A stretch of DNA of 64,000 bases from Octopus bimaculoides (lineage: Eukaryota), in the NCBI RefSeq assembly GCF_001194135.2, contig NC_068982.1:40552678-40616677 (forward strand), given 5' to 3'. A program made the position numbers and the translations under genes. The notes under the pieces are model-generated. The model saw only the letters and a program-made list of their open reading frames with translations. It searched no databases and was not told the origin of the DNA. Each line of letters starts with the position of its first letter. The first letter of the stretch is position 1. This document shows, piece by piece, positions 1 to 13,650 of the stretch.

Positions 1-175
1 ATCGTCATCATCATCATCGCCATCATCATCGTCATCATCATCATCATCATCATCATCACCATCATCATTATCATCATCATCATCATCATCATCGTCGTCG
101 TCGTCATCATCATCATCATCGTCATCATCATCATCATCATCATCCTCATCATCGTCATCATCATTATCATCATCG

Positions 176-219
<44 letters not shown>

Positions 220-1125
220 GTCGTCGTCATCATCATCATTGTCAACAACAGCAACAACAACAAAAATAGGAAACACCTTCAAGCATCAACACCGACATTA
301 CTATCTCATTTTTATTTATCTTTTTCTACAATTCATCATCATTATTATCATCATCATCATCATCATCATCACCATCCTCTTCTTTCTCCTATTTCTCATC
401 ATCATCATCATCATCGTCGTCGTCGCCATCATCACGTTCCACGACAAAGGTAACAACATGAAAAAACAACGACAAATCATCGATACCGCCTACACCAATA
501 TTGCGTTCGTGTTCCTCATTATCAAACTCATATTTAACATGGCAACCATCATCATCGTCATCATCGTCATCGTCATCATGGTCATTGTCATCATGATCAT
601 TTTCACGATAAGCATCATCGTCGTCATTATCATCATCATCATCATCATCACTACCATCATTATCATCATCGTCATCAACATCATCACAATCATCATCATC
701 AACAACAATAATAACACCATCATAATCGTCATCTTCACCATCACCATCATCGTCGTCGTAATCATCATTATCACCACCGTTACCACCACCACCGTCATCT
801 TTATCACCATCATCATCATCATCATCACCATCATCATCGTCACCACAATCAACTACCACAACGATAACATCATCATCATCATCGTCGCCATCATCATCAT
901 CGTCGTAGTCCTCTTCACCATCATCAGCACCAGCATCGTAGACTTACACAAACCTCATTACTACATTCCTCAGCTGCAAATCAGCCACCGCCACCGACAC
1001 CACCACCATCTCTTCTGTCATCATCATCATCACCAACATCATCGCCATCATCATCATTATCATCATCATCGTCATCATCATCATCACCATCACCACAAAC
1101 ACCAACACCACCGCCACCAGTGCTC
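1..1125. repeat. Interrupted (ATC)n/(GAT)n trinucleotide microsatellite complex
   Basis: Long ATC/GTC/ACC runs. The overlapping poly-I, poly-H, poly-D and poly-M ORFs in several frames are repeat artefacts. Confidence 0.95.
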
Positions 1126-2447
1126 TTCCTCCACAATGCGACATTTATGACGGCTTGGTTGATGTTTGTTATTGGAATTATTATTTTTGCTGTTCGATTT
1201 GTATATGCAGTGCGCGCGAGCGAGCGCGTGTGTGTATGCGTTCATGTGTGTTTGTGTGTGCGTGTGCGCGTGAGTGTTTTATTCCTCATTCAAAAACGTT
1301 AAGAGAATGTTTAACCTAAATAAACGCCGGTCATATATTCACATAATGTTGTAGTTGAGTTTTGTATATTTTGTGTGTTCNNNNNNNNNNNNNNNNNNNN
1401 NNNNNNNNNNNNNNNNNNNNNNNNNNNNNNNNNNNNNNNNNNNNNNNNNNNNNNNNNNNNNNNNNNNNNNNNNNNNNNNNNNNNNNNNNNNNNNNNNNNN
1501 NNNNNNNNNNNNNNNNNNNNNNNNNNNNNNNNNNNNNNNNNNNNNNNNNNNNNNNNNNNNNNNNNNNNNNNNNNNNNNNNNNNNNNNNNNNNNNNNNNNN
1601 NNNNNNNNNNNNNNNNNNNNNNNNNNNNNNNNNNNNNNNNNNNNNNNNNNNNNNNNNNNNNNNNNNNNNNNNNNNNNNNNNNNNNNNNNNNNNNNNNNNN
1701 NNNNNNNNNNNNNNNNNNNNNNNNNNNNNNNNNNNNNNNNNNNNNNNNNNNNNNNNNNNNNNNNNNNNNNNNNNNNNNNNNNNNNNNNNNNNNNNNTATA
1801 TATATAAAGATATATAAGTATATACAAAATATATATATATACATTATATATATATATACATACATATATATATATAAATATATATAACATATATATATAT
1901 GCATATATATTTATTCATACTTATCTCTGTGTGTGCGTGTGTGTGTATGTGTGTGTGTGTGCGTGTGTGTGCGTGTGTGTGTGTGTGTGTTCTGATGTCT
2001 CCTCATATGTATGAGCATATGTATGAAACGTCGATATTCTGTATCTACTGGGAAATGTCCACAGTAAACAATTGCAACCCATAAAAAAACCCACCAGGCT
2101 ATCATTTAGATCAGCGTTGTGCGCGTTGTATATGTATAACTGTTTCTCTTATACGGTGTGTGCGTGATTGCGAGAGTTTGGCGTACAAACGTGTATGTGT
2201 TTCTGTGTTCGTGCATCTGTGTTTGTATGTATGTATGTATGTGTATATATATATGTTATATGTGTGTGTATGCATATACATATATAATATATATATATAT
2301 ATGTAACATATATATATATATATATATATATATGAAAGAATATTTACATATATAATTATGATTCAAACGTTTTGACGATTGAACTTTATAAATCAGACAG
2401 ACTGGTGGACAAATACAATCATTAATAGATAGATAGATAGATAGATT

Positions 2448-2503
<56 letters not shown>

Positions 2504-3142
2504 CTAGTATACTTGGATTCCGTTTTATCTTAAAGTTAGCTCAGTTTCCATTATACGTAGAAAGTGTTAGTCCTCCAAAATGAATATAAAACTGGGTACT
2601 CCAATCATTGAATGATTAATGGCATGTTTGGCAACTGTAATAACTCTTGAAGGACGATCCAGCACAACGATCCAACACAACGATCCAACACGTAAGACTC
2701 CCCATGGTCACTCACTCTGCTATAAACAACTCGAATTATATTGTTTTTCTTTTTTTTCTTCTTAAAAGAAAGAAATATTGGTTAATACAACTCTAGATAT
2801 ATTATATGCAATGAGATAAAAAATAAAGATGAGTTACCCAAATATGAATGCTTTTAATGATAGATTTCCCGAATTAGGTATGTTACATGACAAAACAACA
2901 ATGATGATATCTCTTGAATTACATACGTCTGTCACTTTTACAAGTAATTTAGGTTTAACTTCAACTCAGGTTTTATTGCGTAAAGTTCGTACTAAAACTA
3001 CTCTTGGATTGTAAGCATAATGGCACGATAATAAATTCAGTGCAATGGTGTTTATAAGCAACAAAAATTTAATGCATATTATTAGTAAATACGAATTTGT
3101 TTTCCTTCAATGTCGTCAGAATAGCCTTGTTAGTATCTCTCT

Positions 3143-3585
3143 TAAAGCAGAATCATAAGCACGCCAGGTAAAATGCTTAGCGGCATTTCGTCCGATTTTA
3201 CGTTCGGTGTTCAAATTCCACCGAAGTCTACTTTGCCTTTCATCCTTTCGTGGTCAATAAAATATGTACCAGTTGAGAACTGGGATCGATGTAATCAATT
3301 TATCCCCGAACTTGCTGACCTTGTGCCAAAATTTGAAACCAGCATCTCTCCTAAGGTGGCATGCTTGGAAAATCGTTAGAGCGTCGTAAAGAATGGTTTT
3401 GTTTTGTTTTGTTTTTTCAGTATTTCTTCTGGTTCTTTACGTTTTAAGTTCAAATTCCGCGGAGGTCAGCTTTGCCGTTTCATCCTATTGTAGTCGTTAA
3501 AATAAAGTACTAGTCAAGTACTGGATTCAACGGAATCGACTAACCCCTTCCTCGAAAATTGTTAGCCTTGTCTAAATCAAAAATC
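3143..3585 (+). mobile_element. Two diverged tandem copies of tRNA-derived SINE family A
   Basis: Family A motifs agcacgcc..aaatgcttagcggcatttcgtcc, gttcaaattcc (B-box), ctttgcctttcatcctttcg and ccttgtgccaaaatttgaaacc. Confidence 0.85.
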
Positions 3586-4629
3586 ATTAATACCTCTCCT
3601 ACTTACACATCCTAATACTCTCTTTTTCTCCAATTTTCTGTAGAGAAATAATTCTAAACAAACTGTAATCTTGCAACAAAACAAAATATAAACGTACCTC
3701 AACTTACGCTAGTAACTGGTTCCAAGACATTCGACTTAATTCGAAAAACGTCGTATCACAAAAAAATAATTTTTAATAATTCATTAACTTATATCTGTTT
3801 TAACAGATGGTTTGTGCATATTTTTTACATGTAATTTTATTTGATTTTCGACTTCAGTATTTGTTTTTAGCTTTTTTGTTTTGTTTTAATTTTACACCTT
3901 TAAATATGTTCGCTGAGACCGATGTAATGTCTTTAATAGAAGAAATCCGACGTGAAGTCGAAAAAACACGTAACTCGAAATGATGTAAGTTGAACCTGCA
4001 CTTCCAACAAATAATTTTCAATCAGTTATAATATTCACCCAATAATCGATTTCATATCTACCTTAGGTAACATCTAGATTTCACGTTCTGTCCATGTTTA
4101 GAAATAAACATCCAGCAATCAGTATTTCAGCAGCTATCAATAGATTAACGGGAGAACATATTAATCATGACAAATATACTTCACTTTCTACTGACATAAT
4201 TCATTTATCTAATCACAAATGTTTGAAGGGAAGAGCATATATTTTAATTTTATCGACGATTCTGTCATCTCCTTGAGATTGAAAACTTAGTAAATATGAT
4301 TTTAACGCTTTAAGCAAACCACATAAATAAACAATAAGATAAAGAAAAATAACATTGTTCTAAAACCATGATAGGGAAGATATCAAATAAAGTACTCAAT
4401 CCATTAATGCTATGTGTTGGTTTGTTTGCAAGTCAATGAAACAACAGGCTGTTATGGTGGAGCTACGGATCCGGTAACCTGAAGCCTAAAGGAGACGGCT
4501 CCTGTTAGGCGCCTGCGAAATCGCATAAAATTGCTTTAAATAATACATGTAAGCCCTACGAAATGTATTGGGGGTTCTTTTCTTTTGTTTGTCCACTTAC
4601 TCATGTGTGTGTCTGTGTGTGTGTGTGTA

Positions 4630-4787
4630 TCAGTGACGTAAGTAGCTTGCTTATCGACCACAAGGTTCTGGGTTCAGTCCCACTGCGTGGTACATTGAGC
4701 AAGTGTCTTCTACTATAGCCTCGGGCCGACCAAAGCCTTGTGAGTGGATTTGGTAAACGAAAACTGAAAGAAGCCCGTCGTATATAT
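4630..4787 (+). mobile_element. SINE family B, 5' half (runs into a gap at its internal microsatellite)
   Basis: gtaagtagcttgctt..ggttcagtcccactgcgtgg..gagcaagtgtcttctactatagcctcgggccgaccaaagccttgtgagtggatttgg, matching the full copy at 46255. Confidence 0.9.
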
Positions 4788-5744
4788 NNNNNNNNNNNNN
4801 NNNNNNNNNNNNNNNNNNNNNNNNNNNNNNNNNNNNNNNNNNNNNNNNNNNNNNNNNNNNNNNNNNNNNNNNNNNNNNNNNNNNNNNNNNNNNNNNNNNN
4901 NNNNNNNNNNNNNNNNNNNNNNNNNNNNNNNNNNNNNNNNNNNNNNNNNNNNNNNNNNNNNNNNNNNNNNNNNNNNNNNNNNNNNNNNNNNNNNNNNNNN
5001 NNNNNNNNNNNNNNNNNNNNNNNNNNNNNNNNNNNNNNNNNNNNNNNNNNNNNNNNNNNNNNNNNNNNNNNNNNNNNNNNNNNNNNNNNNNNNAACGAAT
5101 ATATAACGATAGCGCGTTGAGCTGAATATTTTGGTGTGTTAAGAAATGTTCGTTCACGTTCTGATTTCAAAAGCCTGTTGTGACTGACTTTTTTTCTTTT
5201 ATCCCTTCAGATTGAATAATATAGTTACTAGACATGTAATGGGATCAATTTAATCAACATCACGTCTTTTGCACAATTACGTGACCTTATGCTAATGCGA
5301 GAAATCCATACGGCCAGGTTTTTAACACAATTATAAGCTAATATCAGACGCTAGACTTGAGATGTTAAGAAATATTAGTGGTATGAAAGAAATGATTGAT
5401 AATGGCAGATTTCTCAGACAGCAATTTTGCGACGCGTAAACTGCTTCCTTCTCGTTCTGGATGTCACTAATCGAATATAGAAAATCAAAAGTACATATCG
5501 AATTTGCAAACTCCTTTATAAACCAAATATTTCCGAACCTCTCCAGATCAAACAGATGACTATGTATCTTCAGTCGAAGTTCTAATAGATAGAATATATA
5601 ACAAATTCTTTCTCCTTACTAACTCTGCAAAGCATTAGAAAATATAAACAGCTTATCGTTTAGAATCTGTGAACAGATTCTTCTCCTAATCAGAGTATAT
5701 TCTTTTAGTCTTCTACTCGTTTCAATCAATATGTAGGAGCCTCC

Positions 5745-6365
5745 AAGGCTTTGTGCTGGCAGAAACGTTAGCACGCCGTGCGAAATGCTTAGCGGTGTTT
5801 CGCCTGCCTTTACGTTCTGAGTTCAAATTCCGCCGAGGTCGACTTTTCCTTTCATCGATAAATTAAATACCAGTTGCGTACTGGGGTCGGTCTAATCAAC
5901 TGGACCCCTCCCCCGAAATCTCGGGCCTTGTGCCTAGAGTAGAAAAGAATCGTTAGTACGCCGGGTAAAATGCTTAATGACATTTCGTTCGTCTTTCTGT
6001 TCTAAGTTCAAAGTCCGCCGAGGTCGACTTTGCCTTCCATTCTTTCGGGGTCGATAAATTAAGTACCAGTGAAACACTAGAGTCGATGTAATCGACTTAT
6101 CTCCTCCCCCAAACTTTTGGGCCTTGTGCCTCTAGTAGAAAGGATTTTTATTAAAGCGAACTGGCAGAATCTTTAGCACGCCGAGCAAAATGCTTAGAGG
6201 CATTTCGTCCGTCTTTACGTTCTGAGTTCAAATTCCGCCAAGATCTACTTTGCCTTTCGTCCTTTCGGTATCGATAAATTAAGTACTAGTTGAGTTATTG
6301 GGGTCGATGCAATCGACTTACTCCTCCCCCGAACTTGCTGGTCTTGCACCGAAATTTGAAACCTC
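5745..6365 (+). mobile_element. Three head-to-tail SINE family A copies
   Basis: Copies at about 5745-5948, 5949-6145 and 6155-6365. Each has gttcaaat, gtcgactttgcc and ggggtcgat..atcgact motifs. Confidence 0.92.
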
Positions 6366-6419
6366 CGTAAGACCAACGTGGATCATAACATACCTCTGTA
6401 CATGGATGCGCAGGACTGG

Positions 6420-6770
6420 ACGAGATTGGCTCTGCCGTTAAGAAGCTCGTTAGTCAACCACGTGATTCTGAGTTCAGTCCCATTGTGCAGTACTTTGGGC
6501 AAGTATCATCTATCATAGCCTCAGACCGTGAGTGAAATTGGGAAAGAGAAACTACGAGGAAGCCTGTTGTATATTTTAATATATGTGTGTTCATATGTCT
6601 TTGTGTCTATATTTGTCCCACACGATTGACATCCGGTGTCTGTCTGTTTACGTCCCCGTAATCTAGTGATTCGGCGAAAAGAGATCGATAGAATAAATAT
6701 CAGATTTAAGTACTTGGGTCGACCTTCAAGGCGGTACGCAGGGTGGTCGCAGTCTGTCAGAAGTTTGTTC
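6420..6770 (+). mobile_element. SINE family B, diverged near-complete copy
   Basis: gagttcagtcccattg..gggcaagtatc, a short AT/GT spacer, tttacgtccccgtaatctagtgattcggcgaaaagagatcgatagaataa, and ggtcgcagtctg. Confidence 0.8.
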
Positions 6771-7289
6771 ATGAGGAACTGACTTGGGGCTAAGCAAAAA
6801 AAATAAAAATAACAGCTACCACTGTAGCAACAGTAGCGACAACATGAACAACAAGTTGCAAATGTACCGTGCCAGAGATAACCACTGTATTTGAAATGTA
6901 AATGGCGAAAAATTTTTCACAGCAGTAACTGCGTTAAATTGTGTCTGTCATTAATAATGTATCTTGCAAAATTACAATAACTCATCGGTGTTCCAACAAC
7001 TAAGTATATTTACAGTGTGTGTGTGGGGGGGGGGGGGTATGTGTGTGTGCGTGTGTGTGTTTGTGTGCGTGTGCGTGTGTGTGTGTGTGTGTGTATTTGT
7101 GCACGTGTAACGCAACGAATCTTGCATTACCAAATATATCTCTTCTTTCATCTATTTACTAATCTCTGATATAATTGATTCTCTTCAGAATTCAGTATTC
7201 AGAAATTATCTACGAGCAGATATATCTTTGCTGCTAGAAAAGTTTTCGTCTATATCACACATTTTGGTTTGATAATGTTCGAGAGTATC

Positions 7290-7329
<40 letters not shown>

Positions 7330-7799
7330 TAAATACACACATATACACACACGCACACACGTTGTTTGCGTGTGCGTTCGCGTGCTTTTGATTTTAAAGA
7401 GATAAAATATATTCAATACAAAAGTAGAGTATAAACATCTATTGTGTTTCGAGATTACTCTCTTTTAGCGCTCCATTTTTTGCATACCCCTCTTATATGT
7501 AGTACTGAGTTTGTGTTACTGCGTTCACAACAATACTACGAATAATGCAAGAAAACAGTTTAACACATCAACCTCGGTAGATAGTTGATATATAACGTCA
7601 CAGCGCTGTTAATCTGAATTCCATGTCCTTCTACATGGACGTGTCTGAGATAGTGTCGACTGAGGGAACGGTTACCTCAGTCGGCGTTTATAAGTGGGCT
7701 TCAGCTTGTTGTACTAGCTTTCAGTTTCTTTTGTGTAGGGGTTAGAGTTAAGATTAGGATATTCTACGAGCTTTCGGTTTTCAAGTTTTTATTTGGATT

Positions 7800-8300
7800 C
7801 GAGAACTCTGCTGATGCTCTAAAGGGTAAACTTGTTTTCGAGCAGGCACTTACAAATTAACTCAGCTCTTTTAAGTTGTTTGTTGTCTAGGTGAAGATGA
7901 ATTGTTTTTCCCCATTACGGAGGTCACACGAATTTCAACAATGGGTGTGCTTGTTACAGAAATATAATATAGATCAACCGCGTGATATTAAACTTATTAA
8001 TGTTGAGAAGTGCCATAAGGGACTTGAAAATCGTGTCCTCTTACTTATATTTGTATCTCAAAAACTTGGTTTATCGTATATGTAACTGTTCTTGAAACTG
8101 CCTTCACACATTCTGCTTTTTATCTAAGATATTATATGTCCCTGGGGGCCAGTGATTCAGCTTTGCCTAAAAGTATCCTAGCGTACCTGTAGAATTGACA
8201 GATCGAGGGGTCTTTCTCGATTGAGTGGAAGGAGATGCATAACCGTTTTTAGTTGGTGGAGCAATTCGTTTGATTGTTTCCGACATCTAACGATATTCTG
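7800..8300 (-). mobile_element. Penelope-like element C-terminal (GIY-YIG region) relic
   Basis: Minus-strand fragments GSFKNSYIYDKPSF, CDLRNGEKQFI and KRAELICKCLLENKFTL (7821-7872) resemble the Penelope-type C-terminal pattern FKxRYxxHxxSF / CxLCxxEK / NKRxELxxKCRHxNKF, recalled from memory. The region contains stops and frameshifts. Confidence 0.6.
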
Positions 8301-9756
8301 ACCCGTTAACCAGCGCGTTAATTAGCGCTTCTCCGTTAATTAGCGCTTCGTCGGTGGTACCGCGTACGGTCCGGGATTGCCAGTGACAGTTGCCTTTATC
8401 TTCTCATCTTACCTAGTTTAACGGGATTATTCAGAAAACTTAGTACATATTTGGTTTCTGAGTCGTAATTATTTGATGGTTTGACCCATACTGCTTGCGG
8501 TGACGCTCCTCATGGTGATGACGTAATATTCTTCCATTATTATAACAAAGCACTGAATAATAGTAGATTTAGAGGAAAGACATAAGTCTGCCCCCTAAAC
8601 CTGAACCCCTAATAGTTAATAAAATTATAAACTAGGCAATGATATAGCCAATAGTGTCAGCAATTACTTAAAACATATCTAGAAACTTTTCTCACAGAAC
8701 TTAAATATTCCAAATTATTTAACCAGCAAAACTTAAACTTTAGTTATAGTTGCATGACTAGTATGAGGGGCATCACACACACACACACACATACATACAT
8801 ATATATATATATATATANNNNNNNNNNNNNNNNNNNNNNNNNNNNNNNNNNNNNNNNNNNNNNNNNNNNNNNNNNNNNNNNNNNNNNNNNNNNNNNNNNN
8901 NNNNNNNNNNNNNNNNNNNNNNNNNNNNNNNNNNNNNNNNNNNNNNNNNNNNNNNNNNNNNNNNNNNNNNNNNNNNNNNNNNNNNNNNNNNNNNNNNNNN
9001 NNNNNNNNNNNNNNNNNNNNNNNNNNNNNNNNNNNNNNNNNNNNNNNNNNNNNNNNNNNNNNNNNNNNNNNNNNNNNNNNNNNNNNNNNNNNNNNNNNNN
9101 NNNNNNNNNNNNNNNNNNNNNNNNNNNNNNNNNNNNNNNNNNNNNNNNNNNNNNNNNNNNNNNNNNNNNNNNNNNNNNNNNNNNNNNNNNNNNNNNNNNN
9201 NNNNNNNNNNNNNNNNNNNNNNNNNNNNNNNNNNNNNNNNNNNNNNNNNNNNNNNNNNNNNNNNNNNNNNNNNNNNNNNNNNNNNNNNNNNNNNNNNNNN
9301 NNNNNNNNNNNNNNNNNNNNNNNNNNNNNNNNNNNNNNNNNNNNNNNNNNNNNNNNNNNNNNNNNNNNNNNNNNNNNNNNNNNNNNNNNNNNNNNNNNNN
9401 NNNNNNNNNNNNNNNNNNNNNNNNNNNNNNNNNNNNNNNNNNNNNNNNNNNNNNNNNNNNNNNNNNNNNNNNNNNNNNNNNNNNNNNNNNNNNNNNNNNN
9501 NNNNNNNNNNNNNNNNNNNNNNNNNNNNNNNNNNNNNNNNNNNNNNNNNNNNNNNNNNNNNNNNNNNNNNNNNNNNNNNNNNNNNNNNNNNNNNNNNNNN
9601 NNNNNNNNNNNNNNNNNNNNNNNNNNNNNNNNNNNNNNNNNNNNNNNNNNNNNNNNNNNNNNNNNNNNNNNNNNNNNNNNNNNNNNNNNNNNNNNNNNNN
9701 NNNNNNNNNNNNNNNNNNNNNNNNNNNNNNNNNNNNNNNNNNNNNNNNNNNNNNNN

Positions 9757-9811
<55 letters not shown>

Positions 9812-9908
9812 AAGGATAAAAATCACGTTAATGATTCTTATCAGGTGGTCAGCGTGCTATCAAAATATATAGGGAATTTGTACATTAGATTAATAATAAT
9901 ATGCATAT

Positions 9909-10535
9909 GTATATAATTATATTAAGGGACCAAGGGCGGAAACGACCTATCTCTAGCATCTTGAAGTGCCGAGACATTAAAAAAACTACCAAAAACTCCA
10001 GATAAATATACACATGGCTGAAACCAAGCTAATGAAAAATATTAAATATTACGTTAATTGTGAATTGGCTCCAATGTCTGGATTAAAACCATATACAGCT
10101 TTCTTCCTTCGTCAATACAATAAACGGGAAATATAAATACAAATAATTGTACATACCGTACAAAGCAAATTCACACGTCTACGTACAAATATTTGCACGT
10201 ATAGATCCAAGATAAGTCAATTATAAATCTTGGATCTATACGTGCAAATATTTGTATGTAGACGTGTGAATCTGCTTTGTACGGTATGTACAATTATTTG
10301 GATTTATATTTCCCGTGTATTGTGTTGACGAAGGAAGGATGCTGTATATGGTTTTAATCTAGAAATTGAAACCAATTCACAATTAACATGAAGCCCTATT
10401 AATGTTCGTTCACTAGCCTGCTTTCAGCCATGTGTATATTTATCTGGACTTTTTGGTAGTCTTTTGAATGTCTCGGCACTTCAAGCATGCTGAAGACAGG
10501 TCGTTTTCGCCCTTGCTCCTTTAATATAATTATAT
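9909..10535. mobile_element. Long foldback palindrome (arms about 305 bp, 13-nt loop), possible foldback/MITE element
   Basis: 9909-10213 is the reverse complement of 10227-10535, with loop aagtcaattataa at 10214-10226. The innermost 30 bp are perfect. Confidence 0.9.
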
Positions 10536-10671
10536 ATATATGTACATCATTATTAATTTAATATACATGCACACATATATATATGTATTTATATGTGTAT
10601 GTATATATGTATATATATATATGTGTGTGTCTGTGTATATATATTTATATATGTATGTATATGTATATATA

Positions 10672-10822
10672 TATGTACGACAGGCTTCTTTCTGTTTCCG
10701 TCTACCGAATACATTCACAAGGCTATAAGTAGAAGATACTTACCCAAGGTACCATGCAGTGGGGCTGAACCCGGAACCGTTGTGGTTGGGAAGTAAGCTT
10801 CCTACCACACACCCATGCCTGT
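10672..10822 (-). mobile_element. SINE family B, 5' half
   Basis: cgacaggcttctttctgtttccgtctacc..ttacccaaggtaccatgcagtggggctgaacccggaacc is the reverse complement of the family B head. Confidence 0.85.
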
Positions 10823-11081
10823 GCCTATATATGAAATATCTTGTACCATATATAAATAAATACACAGGCATACATACGTACATACATACATATATATATA
10901 TGTATGCACATGTATGTATGTATGTATGNNNNNNNNNNNNNNNNNNNNNNNNNNNNNNNNNNNNNNNNNNNNNNNNNNNNNNNNNNNNNNNNNNNNNNNN
11001 NNNNNNNNNNNNNNNNNNNNNNNNNNNNNNNNNNNNNNNNNNNNNNNNNNNNNNNNNNNNNNNNNNNNNNNNNNNNNNNNN

Positions 11082-11120
<39 letters not shown>

Positions 11121-11426
11121 TCTACATATATATATATGTATGCACATGTATGTATGTATGTATGTATGTATGTATGTACGTGCGTGATTCTGTCAACGTA
11201 TTTTCAATCCAATAATGTTGCTGATAAAGGTTATACGTCTCTGACGATTTCACGATAAGTCATGATTAGGTAATTTACATTATGTAAATTATAATCACTT
11301 TATGTTAATGAACCTATGGAGGATGGTGTAACTTAATATCTAATAAACAATCTTTCATGTTTTATTTAATACTCACATATATACGCATATATTTATGCAT
11401 GCATATATATGCAAGCAAGCGAGCAA

Positions 11427-11513
<87 letters not shown>

Positions 11514-11604
11514 GATATATGGAGTGATAAATAGATATAGAGAGCGAGAAGAGAAAAGGAGATATATATTTCTACTCATTATATTATATGCTTATTACTG
11601 ATAC

Positions 11605-11635
<31 letters not shown>

Positions 11636-12369
11636 TGTGTGTGTATTTGTTAGTATGTAATACTAAATAGGGAGCCACATTGCATAGTCTATCAAAACAA
11701 GGAAATATAAAAGCACATCTATAATTTAAGTGGGAATCTTAATGAAAGAACAATTTTTGTTTGAACGACTCTTCTTCGTCGGAAATATCAAAGAAATGGA
11801 GAGAGAGGGAAAGAGAGAGAGAGAGAGAGAGAGGGGAGGAAGAAAGAGAAAGGGAAAAAAGAGGAAGAGAATATCTGAACATATACTTGCATTCATACAT
11901 AGATACGTATATACATACGAGCATTCATACACACGCTTTTTGCATGACCACATACACACACATACACACACACATACATACATACATACATACACACACA
12001 TACATACACACACACACGTACATACATACATACACATGCATACATACATGCATACATGAATTAATACATACATACATTCATACATACATACACACACATA
12101 CATACCTACATACATACATACATGCATGCATTCATACATGCATGCATACACACACGCATACACACACTCATAGATATATACATACATACATACATACATA
12201 CATACATACATACATACATTTAATTACCATTATATAGTACTTAGAAACTGTACTGAGATTTCAGTATATATAGTTTCTCTAACAACGTGGTCGGTTTTGC
12301 AAACAAACTAAAGGACAGAGAGAGGAAGTACTCTTGTATGAAACAACTTCTCACAAACAAAGACGTTCT

Positions 12370-12810
12370 CAAGTACCGTGGCGCTATATAGCAGATGCAT
12401 TGTGGTAGTATTTTTAGACTGCCTAGAGAGATAGGCAGAGTCAGTAATCGTAGTTCAATCCGCGTATATTAAAACTGGTGAGAAAAAAAAATCATTGTCA
12501 ACTTGGTTGTCACTGAAGCAAGTATAAACGAAGATAAAACAAAATTAAGCTAACTAAAGGAATACTTCAGTATGATGACCTATTTTGCTACCGTTCATTC
12601 TCATAGGTAACCTTTATCAGTTATTATTAAGGAAGTAACGTATTTACATACTTAGCTCAATAGAAAATAGCAATATACAACAAATCTAATGTCAGTCCTT
12701 TTTTGTTGATGACCTAAATCTCTAATACTTATAGCATTAAAAGACAATTAGATTTGGTCACGAATTTCTCGCAAGATAGAGTAATAGAATTCGGTAGAAT
12801 CATGAACTAG
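12370..12810 (+). mobile_element. Degenerate reverse transcriptase fragment of an R4/Dong- or NeSL-like LINE
   Basis: Collinear fragments QVPWRYIADAL, TKGILQYDDLF, ILLPFILIGNLYQLLL, FVDDLNL and QLDLVTNFSQDRVIEFG parallel RT motifs SVPHSW, GIxQGD, LxxDDLKL and FSxDIGMxFG. Confidence 0.7.
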
Positions 12811-13534
12811 ACAACGAATAATGACAACAATGATTTGCTATTTATCTTGTCCTCGACGACAGAAGAACCTCGTATTGTAAATAAATGTAAATTCACGAAA
12901 GAATAATTCAGCTAAGTTCAGAACGTCTGGTAGGTGGAGTCAAACTTCTATATCTATTCAATATGACTGCAGTGCTAATTATCGGCGAAAAAATAAAAGT
13001 ATTGCTACACAGAACGCTTGAAAAAAACTACAATCAGGGCAAGGAAACAATATGAAATATTAACGACATTGCACTAGTAACTTTTACAGTAGTGACATTG
13101 GCATTAATCTTAAATTCAAGAGCGTAAAAAAAATCAGACAGTAAAGATGCTAGAAGATACAGCTAGTCTAGACAGCTTCTTAGAATATCAATTCATCCTA
13201 TGAAAAAGAAGAAAAAAAATAAATATTTCCGGACAGAAATATAAACATTTCCGAACAGAAATATATGTATGTACTTTTATACAAGTGAAAAAGAAATTAT
13301 TTTAAATTTTGAAGACGTCTGAGTTATACTTAGCTGGTCTACACAGCTCTTGAACAGGGATGGATGTAAATAAGGAGGAAGGCACTTCTGTATATATAAA
13401 GATGTGAAACATGCACCCATGTCTTACGTATCCGGCAAATCGGCTTATAACAATATAGACAGAGATAATTGCATCTTCCCAACCTGGATATCCGGAGGAA
13501 CATACCAAACATATCCATGCATATCTCTTGAATC

Positions 13535-13595
13535 TTTTTCTTTTACTTGTTTCAGTCATTAGACTGCAGCCATACTGGGGCACCACTTTGAAGAA
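13535..13595 (-). mobile_element. Isolated SINE-B/CR1-type 3' tail
   Basis: ttttacttgtttcagtcattagactgcagccatactggggcacc. Confidence 0.75.
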
Positions 13596-13650
13596 GCTTT
13601 ATTCGAATGTAACCACCCCAGTACTTATTACATGTATATTTATCTGTATA

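Noticed and set aside
239-1150. 303-aa ORF and overlapping poly-D, poly-M and poly-H ORFs
   Set aside because: These are translations of an (ATC)n array that is open in several frames on both strands, with no domain content.
7657-7725. Hairpin followed by CTAG as a Helitron 3' end
   Set aside because: The CTAG is about 30 nt from the hairpin, too far for the usual spacing, and no Helitron 5' end or Rep/helicase remnant was found.
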